A stretch of DNA of 64,000 nucleotides from Squalus acanthias (Eukaryota): positions 115,756,001-115,820,000 of the forward strand of contig CM059432.1 in NCBI GenBank assembly GCA_030390025.1, read 5' to 3'. This document shows, in pieces, positions 60,946 through 64,000 of the stretch. Every line of letters begins with the position of its first letter. The stretch's first letter is position 1. Position numbers and translations under genes: made by a program. The notes under the pieces were generated by a model. It had not been told where the DNA came from and did not search any database. It worked only from the letters and a program-made list of their open reading frames with translations.

Positions 60946-62248
60946 AGGCAGCGCATCATGTAGGTCAATGCCCGGTATCCTGGCAGCAGTTCATTCCGCG
61001 GCAGTTCTCTGTGCCAGCTGTATTTCAACCACCACGGCAAACCAAAGGGTGGCTACTGGGTGTCAAGGGCTATCCGCTGATGACATGGCTCATGACTCCA
61101 GTCTGCAGCCCACGCACACGTGCGCAGCGTGCATACAACGAGAGCCATGCTGCCGCAAGAAATGCGATAGAGCAGTCCATTGGCGTGCTGAAGCAGCGAT
61201 TCTGCTGCCGGGGCTGCTCTGGAGGAGCTCTGCAGTACTCGGGTGAGCGGGTCTCAAGATTTGTCATGGTATGCTGCACAACTTTGCCATCATGAGGGAA
61301 CAGCCCTTGACACCACCTATCAGGAGAGAAGCTGAGGAGCAGGAGGAGGAGGAAGAGGAAGCTGCAACCTAGACAGCTGCTTTCTGCCTGGGCTATACGT
61401 GAACAAATAATTCAAGAGCAATACCAGTAACCTCAACCCCAATTCCCTATTCACCAGCAGTCCCACGCTCCATACCTTTCCTCTGGCACTGACCATCACT
61501 TCGTCCTCTCGACCACAAAGCAAAAAGAAAAGCCAACACAAAATGCACATTACAATCCAGATTTATAAATTAAATCATGCCATATTGCATATAAAAATAA
61601 AGTAATCACCCTTGTGCATTCCCTTAGTGCCTCTTCTGTATCCCTTTCATGCCCTAGTGCTCCTATGAGATGCTACCCCAATGGTTGCAGCATGGCTGGT
61701 GGAAGGCTGCTGACTTTCAGTGGAGGAGACTGCAGATGGCCTTGGAGGATGACCTGGGCCTAGAAGGCCTGGCTTCAGACTGCACAATCTCAGCATGGGC
61801 ATCTGCAGTTTAGTCTGGCTGGCTGATAGGCAACAACAAGGGCAATGACGGACTGGCAGGGTGCAAGCACAAATGCTGTCATCCTGAGACAGGACAGCAG
61901 GTTCGTGCTCCATGGAGCCACCGCCACTCTCCTGGGGCAGTGCCTCAGCAATCCTAACAATCTGTTGCAGAACAGATTGCTGGACTGCTGTGACATCCTG
62001 GAAGCCCCTTTTGAACACTGGCCCATCGAAGTCCTCATCTAAGTCCTCTGCAGCAGAACTCGTGTGTGGCCTCGCCCTTCAGTGGGCTGGCACCTGCACT
62101 ACGCTTTCTACCTTGCCTTGGCTGCAGCGCACTTGTGCCCGGTGTCTCACCATGTGCAGATCCCACCTCTATGCTACCCTTTAAATTACGTGCAGTGTCT
62201 ATCTGAGCTGGTGGCTGCGAGTGTGAAATTGAGTGATGGTGTGTCTTC

Positions 62249-63894
62249 TGTAAGGGTTTCTGACCCGTGTGGCTCTGTGCTCAGCCTGGGTGCTAGTGCG
62301 AGGTTAGGCCTTGTTGCCTGTTCTGGTCTCCAGCCAGTCTGGGAGCACTAGACACCTGTGAGTGGTTCGACCCACTCGCCCTTACGGTTCTGACACTGGA
62401 CTTAGGTGCGAGAGCAATAATGGAGAGAAAACTCAGGTAGACCCGGTTGAATGGTACAAAATGGAAAATCTTTATTGCATATTATTCAAGATTACGAAAT
62501 ACATGTCATAAGCACAGATTAATGACAGTACAATCTTACACGCAGTTATGTAACTAATTTCAGGGAAACGAGGAACGAACGACACATCGTAAATGGGGGC
62601 ACACATTACAGTTATCCTTAAAACTTAAACCCTCCCCTATCAATACCTGCTCTAAACTAGATTTGTAGGATCGAGACTCATGCTCACCACTCGTGATAAC
62701 TCGGAGAATTCCGAAAACTCTGATCGGATGTTTTTCACCGCAGCACCTGATCACCCACGTGTTGATCAGGGGTCTCTGTACCCCACTTGTTTACTCGTTT
62801 CTGCTCCGGCTAGCAGGCTGGACCGTCTGCTGTCATGAAGATCTGTGTTGTCCTCGGAGTTCCGACACGACTCGAAAAATAGTCTTCCTGTGCCCTCACA
62901 CTGATTCGATAAAACTCAAAAATAGTCTTCCGATGCCAGTTCTGTAGAACTCAAAGATGGTCTTCCTGGGCAAGGAAAGTGTCTATTCGACCTACAGGCA
63001 CGGTCGGGGCTTACTGACCGTGGCGATATGTATGGTCGTCTTCTTCTCTTCTCATCTCATCTCATCTCGGGCCTTCGGTTCCAACACCGTTTACCGACTT
63101 CTCGGGATGGTGTGCCCGTTTCAAGGCTTCACAGCCCAGTTCCACACAGATCTTCGCGGCAAGCCACGAGGCTGATCCTGGCGGATCGTAAAGTTCAACA
63201 GTCTTTAAAAGCTGCAAGAGGCAGAGACACGAGGCAAGCGGCAAGGAGTCGAAAGGATAAGAGAGAGATGGACGGTTGCAGCTTACAGTTATAGTGCGAA
63301 AACTCTTCTTTTCCCGCCCAACCTTAATGTCTTTTCTTTTGTTAGGGTTTTGGCGCTCAAATTTCTTGTATAGGGTGATCTCCGTATTAATGGGTTTCGG
63401 GGATACTCGTAACTGTCTGAGTACCTGTTAATACTTTTCCAATGTGTAACCGGTCGGTATTCTCCCTGGAGGGGTTTTGGGGCTTCCAAATGTTTTCTGT
63501 AACTACCCGCAAACGGCTCTCTCATCGTAGAGTCATGGGGATTTTGCATATTAATGTCTTTGGATGGGTTCTTGATCGCTTGGTACAATAGCCCTTATTC
63601 GCACCTGGGAGACCGATTCCAGTATTTATGTGTATACTGCAAACCCATAATGTCTCGTGTATTATCTCAAATGTGCTGAGTCTTGATCGATCTCGCACAA
63701 ATGTTTATTGGAACGCCATCTTGTCTGCTTATCGAAAAGTCTAGAATGTTCTGCCACGAGGCGTGGCGGCCATTTTACAGGCTGCTTGTGTCCACTTTGA
63801 AAACCTGACAGCATTCTGCTGAAATAAAGCTGTTTGAACGAAACTATGTGTTTTCTCCTTATTTATAAAATCGCGATATATTGCGAATTCTACA
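62249..63894 (-). mobile_element. Solo LTR (1646 bp) of an LTR retrotransposon or endogenous retrovirus
   Basis: TGTA..TACA termini; 4-bp TSD CTTC (62245-62248, 63895-63898); AATAAA on - at 62471-62476; removal restores the Harbinger ORF2 frame. Confidence 0.82.
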
Positions 63895-64000
63895 CTTCAT
63901 CTTCACTGTCTTCCTGCTCTTCCTCCACTGCCTGGCCAGGTTGCAGTTCTTGGGTATCTGAAATGAAAAAGGGACAAGACTTGGGTTGTGGTGATGGGAG

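Larger units (their letters stand above)
59532..64000. mobile_element. Harbinger transposon (transposase on +, convergent ORF2 on -), runs off the window; contains LINE and LTR insertions
   Basis: TIR-like GGGGCAAAATTGGG; LRWLRFTKEVVTEIC..KVTMAMNFYVSGSFQ, WLLGVKGYPL..YNESHAAARNAIEQSIGVLKQRF; ORF2 exon with acceptor near 63958. Confidence 0.85.

Noticed and set aside
62869..62972. CRISPR-like repeat-spacer array
   Set aside because: Only three short imperfect repeats inside a vertebrate LTR; no cas genes
63289..63588. 99-aa ORF in the LTR as a viral accessory gene
   Set aside because: TTG start right after a stop, short and no recognisable motif; cannot be supported without the provirus
45050..64000. 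Exons of a neighbouring host gene upstream of FZD6
   Set aside because: No recognisable coding exon; the exon-like acceptor near 63958 belongs to Harbinger ORF2

Overview
Eukaryotic vertebrate genomic DNA, most likely a cartilaginous fish (inferred from the repeat content: CR1/HER1-like and L2 LINEs, Deu-domain SINEs, Penelope-like elements, Harbinger transposons). The only host gene I can support is the 5' end of frizzled-6 (FZD6) on the minus strand. It has a CpG-island promoter and probable non-coding exon 1 near 44.6-45.0 kb, and a first coding exon at 43249-43437 (signal peptide plus start of the CRD). I could not find the next exon, so positions 1-43248 appear to be one very large intron filled with nested transposable elements. 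Main points of interest: (1) minimal type-I hammerhead ribozyme motifs carried by Penelope fragments, several in the FZD6 sense orientation; (2) an 89-bp-arm Penelope palindrome inserted at the FZD6 splice donor with a 15-bp TSD; (3) a single-ORF LINE with a tRNA-like Pol III head; (4) a 1646-bp solo LTR with a 4-bp TSD inside a Harbinger ORF2; (5) Harbinger elements/MITEs with non-TWA 3-bp TSDs; (6) a tRNA-Lys remnant abutting a CR1 tail. Repeat boundaries were read by eye and are approximate unless a TSD is quoted. Family names come from motif recognition, not database searches.
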